From Nitrospirales bacterium (GTDB lineage: Bacteria > Nitrospirota > Nitrospiria > Nitrospirales > UBA8639): 64,000 nt of DNA. This document shows, piece after piece, positions 42,799 through 51,697 of this stretch; positions within the stretch are counted from its first letter, which is position 1; the number at the start of each line of letters is the position of its first letter. Made by a program: the position numbers and the translations under genes. The notes beneath the pieces are model-generated. The model ran no database searches. It saw nothing but the letters and a program-made list of their open reading frames with translations, and had not been told where the DNA came from. Where the stretch lies: assembly GCA_963422365.1 (NCBI GenBank), contig OY729426.1, positions 32,001 to 96,000 of the forward strand. The letters run 5' to 3'.

Positions 42799-43049
42799 CG
42801 GCGTTTCCTTCAGGAGCGATGCATCATATCGGACATCACTCATCTGCAGACAATCCCCTCGTTGATGAAGCCTTGGGCTGGGAAGGGCACGTCAACGTCC
42901 CCCCGTCTCCAATGTTAGCCAAATTGATGCGTAACTGGCCTGAACTGCGAACAGGTCTGGCTTTCAGTATGGTGTTTGTAGTGGGAGCTCTTGTTGGCGG
43001 GACCCTGTGTGCTGCATTAGGTTGCAATAAAAAACTCTCGAACCCGTAA
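42795..43049 (+). CDS. Small hypothetical membrane protein
   Basis: ATGA overlap with the treY stop; single C-terminal TM helix. Confidence 0.5.
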   Translation: MTAFPSGAMHHIGHHSSADNPLVDEALGWEGHVNVPPSPMLAKLMRNWPELRTGLAFSMVFVVGALVGGTLCAALGCNKKLSNP

Positions 43050-43170
43050 CCACGGCGAGAAGAGGTGCCATACATCACGGCGGCGACTCGTACGAGGGGA
43101 ACGAAGAATAGGACTCAGGATTTTTTCTTCGAAAGACGGAAGGATGAAACCCTTACAATGTGAAGTTTTA

Positions 43171-43245
43171 TGGAGCCGGCGAGTGGGATTGAACCACCGA
43201 CCTGCTGATTACGAATCAGCTGCTCTACCACTGAGCTACGCCGGC
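43171..43245 (-). tRNA. tRNA-Thr(CGT)
   Basis: GCCGGCG acceptor stem, anticodon arm gctga-tt-CGT-aa-tcagc, GGTTCAA T-loop, encoded CCA. Confidence 0.97.
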
Positions 43246-43301
43246 CTTGGAGAAAACATGTTGTGAGTTTGGTGAAAGACGGCTGCTTACGGTACGAGGC
43301 C

Positions 43302-43330
43302 ATCTTATTTTCTGAAATGAGTCGTGTCAA
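43302..43330 (-). promoter_or_regulatory. Sigma70 promoter for tRNA-Thr
   Basis: TTGACA-17 nt-TAAGAT. Confidence 0.7.
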
Positions 43331-43407
43331 CTAACGCGATTCAAGGCTGACATCGGGTACCGAGCACATGATTGACAGAATTTTTCCCTCTGCGCGACCG
43401 TGACCAG

Positions 43408-44307
43408 ATGTCCCCTCCTGCGAGTAGAGACCAGTCGACTCCGGCATCAATTCCCAATTTCTCGTTTACTCATTTGTTCTCGCTGATCAGGCTTTCGAAT
43501 CAAACAGGAACCCTCCTGCTCATGCTTCCGTCCTTATGGGCCTTGGTCTTGGCGTCAACGGGACAGCCCTCCGGTCTGCTGATTGTCATTTTCATCGTGG
43601 GATCATTCATCATGCGAAGTGCCGGTGTCATTATGAACGATCTGGCCGATCGTTCGTTTGACCGCCAAGTAACCCGCACCCAAACTCGTCCACTGGCCAA
43701 TGGATCCCTTCGCCCTTGGCATGCCGTCCTTTTACTCGGTGGGCTTCTTGTCGGAGCCGTGGGCCTTCTCGCCTTCCTCAATCCGCTGGCCATAGGGCTC
43801 AGCCCTATCGCATTAGGATTAGCCACGATCTACCCCTTCACAAAACGATTCTTTCGCGTCCCTCAACTATTTCTTGGTCTGGCATTTGGTTGGGGAGCCG
43901 TGATGGCCTGGGCCGCCGTTCGCAATCAACTCGATCCTGCGACGTGGCTGCTCTTTGCTGCCACGGTTTGCTGGGCCTTGGCTTACGATACCATTTATGC
44001 TCTTCAGGACCTTGAAGATGATCTTCGCATCGGGCTGAACTCATCAGCGATTTTCTGGGGCTCTCATATATGGATTACGGTGGGAACCATCGAGATGGGC
44101 TTGCTGGGTCTTTTAGCGACAGTGGGTTGGCTGGAGAATCTCAATGTGGCGTTTTATGGAGGACTCGCTGGGCTCGCAGGGTTCTTGAGCCAACAAGTCT
44201 GGCGTCTGCGAAGCGACGTCACCCCATCAGAGGCATTTGCCATGTTTAAACAACACGTCGGAGTCGGGCTTGTTATTTTGATCGGGATTTGGGTGGGAAC
44301 GCTCTAG
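43408..44307 (+). CDS. ubiA: 4-hydroxybenzoate polyprenyltransferase (UbiA family)
   Basis: RSAGVIMNDLADRSFDRQVTRT..RPLANG, YPFTKRF, YDTIYALQDLEDD; start could be 43372. Confidence 0.92.
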   Translation: MSPPASRDQSTPASIPNFSFTHLFSLIRLSNQTGTLLLMLPSLWALVLASTGQPSGLLIVIFIVGSFIMRSAGVIMNDLADRSFDRQVTRTQTRPLANGSLRPWHAVLLLGGLLVGAVGLLAFLNPLAIGLSPIALGLATIYPFTKRFFRVPQLFLGLAFGWGAVMAWAAVRNQLDPATWLLFAATVCWALAYDTIYALQDLEDDLRIGLNSSAIFWGSHIWITVGTIEMGLLGLLATVGWLENLNVAFYGGLAGLAGFLSQQVWRLRSDVTPSEAFAMFKQHVGVGLVILIGIWVGTL

Positions 44308-44363
44308 GCAAGCGCTGAACACCATGTCTTCCCTCTAGGACCAAAAAAGACCGCTTACGTCTG

Positions 44364-45434
44364 TTATTCGGGTGGAGGGATTGGCTTGTCAGGTTTTGGT
44401 GCCCGCAAGGTATCAAGATACGCTGTCAGGGCTCTAGCATCATGATCATCAAGGCCTAGGTTCGGCATCCGCGTGTGTTTTTTCATGCCTTGCGGGTACC
44501 GAATCCAGCGATAGACCCATGCGTCATTGAGACGGAATCCAGCACGGTCTAAGGCCGGTCCGACCAAACCACCCACATCCCTGATACTGTGACACCCGTT
44601 ACAACCATATTTATCGAAATACAGGGTTTTACCCTCTTCTTGCAGAGTGACCCTTTCTTGCTCAGCCATGGTTAAGGTCGGGCGTGTAATTTGAGCCATT
44701 TTCGGACGTTTCGAGAAATTTTCCAAAGCGGTCTTGGCAACTTCAAAGCGTTCCGCCACTTTTTCATAGGCTTCTTCTTCGGGAAGCACGAGTTCCTCTT
44801 CTTCCTCTTCGTCATCCTCTAAATCGTCCTCTTCATCTTCCATATCCATGTCTTCATCATCTTCTTCGACAGCAGCTCTGGCAGCCTCTTCAGCTTCATG
44901 TTTCGCCAGCACTTCATCCATGACCTGTTTGGCTTGATCATGTTCTGTCTTCGCAGCTTGAAATTGTGACTCCAACGCAGCTTTCCGTCCCTCAACATCA
45001 AACGTTAACGACCCGCCATGAAGCGTTCTGACATATCCGACAACAGCCCAAAGTTCCTCTTCAGAAAGGGTATATTTAAAGGTTGGCATCGTTGACACGG
45101 CGAAGTAATTTTCATCATCAAGCACCTCTTGTAATGAGGTGTCTCTCATGTCGCGAGAGATCGTATCGAAAATTTCCTTGTCGGAAAAGGTTGACATCGC
45201 CGCAGATTCCGACAGATCGCGAGGACGAGGGTCCGGCATTCGTCCCCAATTAAAGCCTTCCTGCTGTCTTCCATTTTCTCCATGACAGTGCATGCAGTAA
45301 TGACGATAGAGCTTTCGACCTTTGGTCGTCCTTTCATCTTCAAACAAGGCACATCCACTTGTCACCACCACCATGGCGACGACAACAATGGCGACGCTGA
45401 TCAGGACCCGCTGCATGCCTTGTTCTCCCTTCAT
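44364..45434 (-). CDS. Dihaem cytochrome c lipoprotein with acidic linker
   Basis: Lipobox-like TSGC, CMHCH and CNGCH, long D/E tract between the haem domains. Confidence 0.88.
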   Translation of the reverse strand: MKGEQGMQRVLISVAIVVVAMVVVTSGCALFEDERTTKGRKLYRHYCMHCHGENGRQQEGFNWGRMPDPRPRDLSESAAMSTFSDKEIFDTISRDMRDTSLQEVLDDENYFAVSTMPTFKYTLSEEELWAVVGYVRTLHGGSLTFDVEGRKAALESQFQAAKTEHDQAKQVMDEVLAKHEAEEAARAAVEEDDEDMDMEDEEDDLEDDEEEEEELVLPEEEAYEKVAERFEVAKTALENFSKRPKMAQITRPTLTMAEQERVTLQEEGKTLYFDKYGCNGCHSIRDVGGLVGPALDRAGFRLNDAWVYRWIRYPQGMKKHTRMPNLGLDDHDARALTAYLDTLRAPKPDKPIPPPE

Positions 45435-46267
45435 GCTTCGTTACCTCTCCGAATTTTTCTCACCAAGAAAAATTCAAACCCAGCGGCAAGCGCAATACCT
45501 AAGACGACATATCCATACATGGAATTGTCTGGTGGCGGCTCAGCCCGAAAATACCACCATGATGAAACCGCTTTCTGCGAACCTCTTTCTTTGACCGCGC
45601 CATCCACGACTTGCCCATCCCAAAATGCAAACGCCACATTTCTCCATTCACCGGGGGTGACTTGCACGTCATGTTCATCGCCCGTTTGTAATGGCCGCGA
45701 AAAAACGATGCGCCAAGCTCCTTCCTGCCAAACTCCTGTTGCCGAGACATTTTGACGCTCCTGGGCCCGAATCGTTTTGAACCCTTTTGCACTCAGATCA
45801 GTGGCTTTGCCATTTCCTTTTTTCCAGTACCAAATATTGACCGGTCCCCCTTCAACTTGAAGCATTTCTTGCCCATGAGCAAAGTGGGCCATTGTATCGC
45901 CAACCACAAACTCGATCGCGGCGGCATCGGCAGCATCTTCAGACGGATCGTCATATTCCAGCATGATGGCCATATCCTGTCCATTATGCATCCCGCGAAC
46001 CTTGACGGACTTCACCGTGACTTCCTGAATGCGATCTGGCCAATGGACCTGTGGAGACAATTTAAATTCTGCAGGCTGGATCATGTTCCACGCAGCGGCA
46101 TTCGGATCAGCAGCAGGAATCGATCCATCAGTCAAATGCAAACGAACGGCCACACTTCCGGCCTCACCTTCCAGAGGTGGTTCATTCGCGAAAACGCAGG
46201 AGACACTGAATCCTGTCACCATGAAGATGGTCACGAGCGCGACATTGAAGATCTTCTCACATCCCAT
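45431..46267 (-). CDS. Ethylbenzene-dehydrogenase/DMSO-reductase type II haem-b subunit-like protein (NxrC-like candidate) with C-terminal TM anchor
   Basis: Signal peptide, 'PVNIWYWK', 'WRIVFSRPL', 'VAFAFWDG...ERGSQK', C-terminal TM. Confidence 0.8.
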   Translation of the reverse strand: MGCEKIFNVALVTIFMVTGFSVSCVFANEPPLEGEAGSVAVRLHLTDGSIPAADPNAAAWNMIQPAEFKLSPQVHWPDRIQEVTVKSVKVRGMHNGQDMAIMLEYDDPSEDAADAAAIEFVVGDTMAHFAHGQEMLQVEGGPVNIWYWKKGNGKATDLSAKGFKTIRAQERQNVSATGVWQEGAWRIVFSRPLQTGDEHDVQVTPGEWRNVAFAFWDGQVVDGAVKERGSQKAVSSWWYFRAEPPPDNSMYGYVVLGIALAAGFEFFLVRKIRRGNEA

Positions 46268-46333
46268 TTTCCTGCTCCTTGGATTCTTGCCTTCGACAAG
46301 ATTCAGGACAACTCCCCCACTTGTTTCTGCTCC

Positions 46334-47059
46334 TTATTCTTCTTCTTCCCATGTCCGTGGAGACTGACCGGCGCCGTCATATTCACCCATGATAATTTTC
46401 CAAATCCACTCGTCTGGCAATTCCACTTCCCATCGCGGCATGGCTGATTTCCAGGGCATCGCTTCAACCGGAAGCCCAACGCCTCCTTTTTTGATTCGCC
46501 AGAAAAGATAGGCTTCTTGCAACTGGGCAATGGTTCCGGGATCGCTAAAATTCGCCGGAGGCGGATTAAAACCCACTGCCGCCGGACCTTTCCCGTCGAA
46601 ATTGGCTCCGTGACAAGGGGAACAAAACGCCGCATAAAGGCCTTTCCCCATCATAATATTTTCTTGTGTTTTCGGATAAGGATTGGCCAGCCCGACAAAC
46701 TCACCTGGAGGCGCAGGATGAATGGTTCGATTTTCTGCCGGCGGCAAATCACTTGGTGCGAGTCTCGTGTACGTTTGCCAACCCACTAATAAGGGGAACA
46801 ACACAAACACCAGAATACGTGCAGTCCTAGCAATGCCAGTCTGCTCCTTGCCAGTGAGAAACCTCCCAATGGGTCCCATGAATTCGTCAAGACTCCCCCC
46901 ACTCATGGTATAGAAAATCATCGAAGCCGCAACAGTGAGAGCCAAGTATAAGAAAATCAAACTTGCCGGGAGAGGTGCGGTGAATAACGGGAGTATGAAT
47001 TTGAGAAACACATACATTCCCGCTAACAAGATGACTGTTTTCGCAAGAGGGCCTTTCAT
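46334..47059 (-). CDS. Membrane-anchored monohaem cytochrome c
   Basis: Three TM helices, CSPCHG, 'SAMPRW'. Confidence 0.88.
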   Translation of the reverse strand: MKGPLAKTVILLAGMYVFLKFILPLFTAPLPASLIFLYLALTVAASMIFYTMSGGSLDEFMGPIGRFLTGKEQTGIARTARILVFVLFPLLVGWQTYTRLAPSDLPPAENRTIHPAPPGEFVGLANPYPKTQENIMMGKGLYAAFCSPCHGANFDGKGPAAVGFNPPPANFSDPGTIAQLQEAYLFWRIKKGGVGLPVEAMPWKSAMPRWEVELPDEWIWKIIMGEYDGAGQSPRTWEEEE

Positions 47060-47074
47060 AGTTCACCCTTCTGG

Positions 47075-47683
47075 TTAGTGTGCTCCATGGGCTGTGCGTG
47101 AAGCGACCTTCACGCCACCTTCTTGACTGATATTGATCACGTCTTCGACTTTGATGCTAATGGGTTCCCCGCTCATTTTCTGGAGAAACGAAATCACCGA
47201 ATAAATTTCTTGTTGCGACAAGGCAATGGGGTTTTTATGGATATAGGGCATGCGGGCCGGATATTCCTTGGGCAGGCCTTCATGTCTGAAATCCAAATAA
47301 ATATAGGCTTGAGGCTCGGTGAGACTTTCATAGATAAACTCCGGAGCGAGTTTGGCCCCAATTCCTTTTAAATCCGGACACCTGGCTGATTCACTGGGAC
47401 CAATGGAGTGACACAAGGCACACTGACCTTTGCTGAAAAAAATCTTTTGACCAATCGAGGCTAAGTCATCAGGGGTTTTGACTTCGGCGATATCAAAGGT
47501 CTCAATCGCTGGAGGCAGAGAGGGCATCTGCGGCACACCCAACGCAATTAAGGTAAACGCCCCCAATACGATCGCTACGAAGCCTACCACTCTGAGGAAT
47601 TTCGCCTTGATAAAGAGCAGGATGCAGATTCCGAATCCTACGACAATGAGACCAATTAATTGGAGTAATGCAACTTGACTCAT
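47075..47683 (-). CDS. Membrane-anchored monohaem cytochrome c
   Basis: Two TM helices, CALCH, 'ESLTEPQAY', distal 'RMP'. Confidence 0.88.
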   Translation of the reverse strand: MSQVALLQLIGLIVVGFGICILLFIKAKFLRVVGFVAIVLGAFTLIALGVPQMPSLPPAIETFDIAEVKTPDDLASIGQKIFFSKGQCALCHSIGPSESARCPDLKGIGAKLAPEFIYESLTEPQAYIYLDFRHEGLPKEYPARMPYIHKNPIALSQQEIYSVISFLQKMSGEPISIKVEDVINISQEGGVKVASRTAHGAH

Positions 47684-47766
47684 GTGTCCTCGCTCCAGTT
47701 CGGTAATGCCAACATCACTAGTTTCTCAAGCAAGATATCCAATCCCGGCTATGCGTTCAGAGTCGG

Positions 47767-49626
47767 TCAGCCCTCTCGTAGGGCCCCTCCGGCCATAACC
47801 GGCGTCACACTTGCAGGGATCTTGGCCGGTTCTCCTTCGGGTTTCCCCTGACCAGAACCTTTTTGCCCCTTCTCCCCCATCGTGGCGACCCAAAAGATAA
47901 ATGCCACCAGCAAACAAAACACAAAGGTATTGAGGGACATAAACGCGGCTGCATATCCCAACGCAGGAGAAAACGCATAGTCCGAGGTATCCCTCATCAC
48001 GCCATAAATATGCCAATGAACCCGAGACGATGATCGGGCATAGCCCATCAATGACATGAGCAGAATCACCATGACCGCGTTGGACACCAAAGAATAGGCA
48101 GCCCTGATCGGCATTTGCCCCCAGATCATTTCAGTCGTGGTTTTAGCGCTTTTCATCAGCAGGGCCGTTAAAGGCGTGAAGGTCACCATAATAAACAAGA
48201 CGATCAACACCTGAGCAACGGAAAAATAATTAATTCGAATAATAGCCGGCACGAAATACCCCCAGACCCCAAGAATGATGACCGCTAAACCTGCAATCAC
48301 CAATAAGCCCCCCATCACCGCTTTGGCAATCTTTGCCCAAGTGGCTGTTTCTTGCTTTCCAGCCCGCCAATACATGACGAAACTCATAAAGGTGACCAGA
48401 ATCATAAGATTGGCTACCGTCATTTTTGCGGACATCACCCCGAACACCCCAAGCAAGGGATGATGGGTCCCGCCCATCTTTCTGGCCTCCTCAAGACTGG
48501 CCACAAGGGAGTGGGGGGTCATCCAGACCCCTAGACACACCATGAGCACAATCAGCATGGCAAGGATCGGTCGTCTGTAGTTTCGCTCAGAGCCCGGAAT
48601 CCTGTAGGTAATGCCCATCCAAAAATAGTAATTGGCTCCGAGGAACAGCACCCCAATGAGCATCGCCTGCAAGATAAAGAGCCAAGCCAAAAATCCTCCC
48701 ATTAAGGTAATACCCATTTGCTGGTTATATTGGTAGATCTCCCGCATGAGCCAATACCCGGCGAAGGGAAGGGGGAGCATACCGAACACGCCGATGAAGT
48801 TTCCGACATAGCCCATCCAATCATAATGTTCTCGTTCCTGTTGACTGGCTGCAAGGAGATATCGGATTCCGGCATAGGCGCCGCAAATAAACCCGCCCAA
48901 GACAACGTTGGCAATAAGTCGATGAATATTGACCGGCCACCACGTAGGATTCCACGTGGCCGCCCATGCTCGCTCGATCGCCGTTCCCTCTCCCACCACG
49001 ACAGGGCTGGCCTGGAACGTCGCCCAGGCATTGGGAACGACCATGATAAAAAGGGCAAAGACATTCAGCAGGAATCCCAAAAAAAGATGGAACGTTTTTT
49101 TGTTTCCTTGCATGGAATCCCATCCGTACCAATACAGGTACAGCGTGACGGTTTCCAACAGAAATAACAGGCTATAGAGAATGAAGGAAGGGAAAAAGAC
49201 ATCTGACAAATACGCCATGAGCTTCGGGTACAGCCCAATCAGAAGAAAGAGAAGGATCCCCCCAAACAGTGCCGTTGTGGCATACGCGGACGTCAACAGC
49301 TTGGTAAATTCTTTTGCCAGTTTATCGTATCGGGCTTCTTTGGTCTTCCATCCGACAATTTCGCAAACCCAGGCAAAGATCGGCACACCCAACACGAACC
49401 CTGCAAGGAGTAAATGCTGCTGGGCCACAACCCAGACAACATTTCGGCTTCCGAGTCCTGGAATGTCTCGATACTCTATCGACATGGCTTGTGTCGCCGC
49501 ATCTTGGGCCCAGACAAATGCAGGGAGGAGCACGAGTGCCCACAAGACACTCCATCCGGAGAGGGACGATGGTTTCACCGTTGGCACCCAGGACTTCAGA
49601 TTTTCTATTATGCCGTGGTTTTTCAT
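47767..49626 (-). CDS. Cytochrome bd-like oxidase subunit I (CydA-like), copy 2
   Basis: AQQHLLLAGFVLG, FLLET, PVNIHRLIAN, WMTPHS, GGTHHP; many TMs; GAGGGG RBS before ATG 49626. Confidence 0.85.
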   Translation of the reverse strand: MKNHGIIENLKSWVPTVKPSSLSGWSVLWALVLLPAFVWAQDAATQAMSIEYRDIPGLGSRNVVWVVAQQHLLLAGFVLGVPIFAWVCEIVGWKTKEARYDKLAKEFTKLLTSAYATTALFGGILLFLLIGLYPKLMAYLSDVFFPSFILYSLLFLLETVTLYLYWYGWDSMQGNKKTFHLFLGFLLNVFALFIMVVPNAWATFQASPVVVGEGTAIERAWAATWNPTWWPVNIHRLIANVVLGGFICGAYAGIRYLLAASQQEREHYDWMGYVGNFIGVFGMLPLPFAGYWLMREIYQYNQQMGITLMGGFLAWLFILQAMLIGVLFLGANYYFWMGITYRIPGSERNYRRPILAMLIVLMVCLGVWMTPHSLVASLEEARKMGGTHHPLLGVFGVMSAKMTVANLMILVTFMSFVMYWRAGKQETATWAKIAKAVMGGLLVIAGLAVIILGVWGYFVPAIIRINYFSVAQVLIVLFIMVTFTPLTALLMKSAKTTTEMIWGQMPIRAAYSLVSNAVMVILLMSLMGYARSSSRVHWHIYGVMRDTSDYAFSPALGYAAAFMSLNTFVFCLLVAFIFWVATMGEKGQKGSGQGKPEGEPAKIPASVTPVMAGGALREG

Positions 49627-49654
49627 GTGGGATCCCCTCATCGGTGTATGATCG

Positions 49655-50557
49655 TTAATGCTCATGTTCACCATGTTCATGGTCATGACCAGGGGAATCG
49701 GGGTTGCCTGACGCCGTCGACTCCTCTGGGGCGACTGCGTTCTTCTCCGCTGGCGTTTCCCCCACGGGGTTATCTTTTTCTAACTCTTGTAACGTGGCTT
49801 CAGCACGAGCCAAGGTTTGCTCGGCGCTTTGAATGACCTTTTTAGGAACGATCTTTTTTTCTACTTTTTTTACATGCACAAATTCGTATTCTTCATGAGG
49901 ATGAGGGGTACTCACGGGGAGCAATCCCCAAAACAACATAATCAGAACGACGCCGACTCCCGTAAAGGCTGTCAGCAAAAGTGGTTGATCTTGAGGAATC
50001 CGAAGAAGATCCCATTTCGACACGATATCCTGGAATGCCCCATCAACGGGGGTAGACGCACGAACAACGCGTTGAGTGAAGGCACCCAAACCAAACAACC
50101 AGCCATAAATGAAGAGGAGTAAGACGATGGTGGTCGGTATCCCCCACATCACTAATTCCAGACTAATTTTTTCCGCAATGGGAATCACCATGATATGTTC
50201 TTCAACAAAATGTAGCATGCCCTCGACTGCGGATTGGGCAAGAGATTGTACCCCGCTCATCATAAAAAACAACAGCGGAAGATAGACGACGGAAAAGACC
50301 GCCCACTGCCCCCACAAGCGAAGCCCTGCACCTTTGGGAGGGTCAACGCTCAGTCTTTCAAGAAAAACAGTTCGAGCACATAAGCCAAGCGCCCAAATGT
50401 CAATAGGAATGGAGAGCAGCAGCAACGCTTGAAGACCGGCACCTTCCCATGGATGGACACCAGCCGCTAACAGCAGAAAAAAAATGACCAACTTTAGAGG
50501 AAAGCCCGTCCAAAAGGTTGGCCAAAAAACCAAGAGACCGAGTTTTGCGTTTGACAT
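49655..50557 (-). CDS. Polytopic membrane protein with His-rich C-terminus
   Basis: About 5 TMs, 'PHPHEEY', ends GHDHEHGEHEH; embedded in the operon. Confidence 0.8.
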   Translation of the reverse strand: MSNAKLGLLVFWPTFWTGFPLKLVIFFLLLAAGVHPWEGAGLQALLLLSIPIDIWALGLCARTVFLERLSVDPPKGAGLRLWGQWAVFSVVYLPLLFFMMSGVQSLAQSAVEGMLHFVEEHIMVIPIAEKISLELVMWGIPTTIVLLLFIYGWLFGLGAFTQRVVRASTPVDGAFQDIVSKWDLLRIPQDQPLLLTAFTGVGVVLIMLFWGLLPVSTPHPHEEYEFVHVKKVEKKIVPKKVIQSAEQTLARAEATLQELEKDNPVGETPAEKNAVAPEESTASGNPDSPGHDHEHGEHEH

Positions 50558-50563
50558 AATCGA

Positions 50564-51676
50564 TTAATCTAAAAATTCTCTATTAAGAATCGCAGAAATG
50601 GTGAAAATTAAAATCACCGACATAATGGCAATCCAGCCCATCAACGCAATCGGCCGCTTAAAAATATTCCGTTCCGGACTCTTATCAAGAAAAGGCAAGA
50701 CCGCCAAAAACGCCAGAAACGCTCCTGGAATCGCGACAGCTCCCAAAAACTGGCCAAATTCTCCGGCAAAGATTTTCAATCGCAACATCTGGAAGAGAAA
50801 CAGAAAATACCATTCAGGTTCCGGATGATAGTCCCCTGGATCCGGCGTCGCCTCTTCCAACAAGACCACCGGTTCAATGAACGCCAACGAACAAATAATA
50901 AGGAAGACCGTGGCCATGGCCACAATATCTTTCCAGACTTGTCTGGGAAAGAAATAATCCGTCTTTGCTTTGATTTGTTCGGGGGTGCCACGGAACGGAC
51001 CGGCAGGTCCGGCTTTGCGGAATAAGAAAATATGGAGACCGGCCAGACCCATTAACGCCGCCGGCAGAATCATGACGTGAATGACAAAGAACCGACTCAA
51101 GGTCATCTGACCAGGAGTGGGGCCCCCTTTCAAAAATCGACTCATGAAATCCCCGACGATCGGGGTTTTATCCATAATCTCGACGCCCACGACCGTGGCC
51201 CAATAAGCTCGTTGGTCCCACGGGAGCAAATAGCCCGTAAACCCAAAGGCCATGACCAGTCCGAAGAGGGCCAGCCCGACCAGCCAAATCAGTTCTCTAG
51301 GTTTTTTGTAGGCTCCCCATAAGAACACTTGAGACATATGGGCAAACACCATCACCACCATGGCTGAGGATCCCCAGAAATGGTAACTCAGCAGAAACCA
51401 TCCGTAATCCACTTCATGAATAATGTATTGCGTGCTCGCATATGCATGATCGGTGCTCGGAACATAGTAAAACATCAACAGAATCCCCGTCACCACCTGC
51501 ATGACAAAGATGAACAACAAACATGATCCGAACGCATACGCCCAACGAGACCCACCAGGAACAGGCTCATTCAACATTTTGGCCTGAATGGATTTCAGAC
51601 CGACTCGTTGATCGACGAAGTCGACAACTTTTTCAAACGCGTTGGGTTCGTTGGGGGTATCGGTTTGTCCGTTCAT
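50564..51676 (-). CDS. qcrB: Cytochrome b subunit of a bc-type complex
   Basis: TGILLMFYYVP, HFWGSS, GFTGYLLPWDQ, RFFVIHV, PEWY. Confidence 0.93.
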   Translation of the reverse strand: MNGQTDTPNEPNAFEKVVDFVDQRVGLKSIQAKMLNEPVPGGSRWAYAFGSCLLFIFVMQVVTGILLMFYYVPSTDHAYASTQYIIHEVDYGWFLLSYHFWGSSAMVVMVFAHMSQVFLWGAYKKPRELIWLVGLALFGLVMAFGFTGYLLPWDQRAYWATVVGVEIMDKTPIVGDFMSRFLKGGPTPGQMTLSRFFVIHVMILPAALMGLAGLHIFLFRKAGPAGPFRGTPEQIKAKTDYFFPRQVWKDIVAMATVFLIICSLAFIEPVVLLEEATPDPGDYHPEPEWYFLFLFQMLRLKIFAGEFGQFLGAVAIPGAFLAFLAVLPFLDKSPERNIFKRPIALMGWIAIMSVILIFTISAILNREFLD

Positions 51677-51697
51677 AACGACTGTCTAGCCAAAACT

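Noticed and set aside
43050..43245. tRNA-Thr or tRNA-Cys as an island integration site
   Set aside because: No integrase and no duplicated tRNA 3' end seen in the window.
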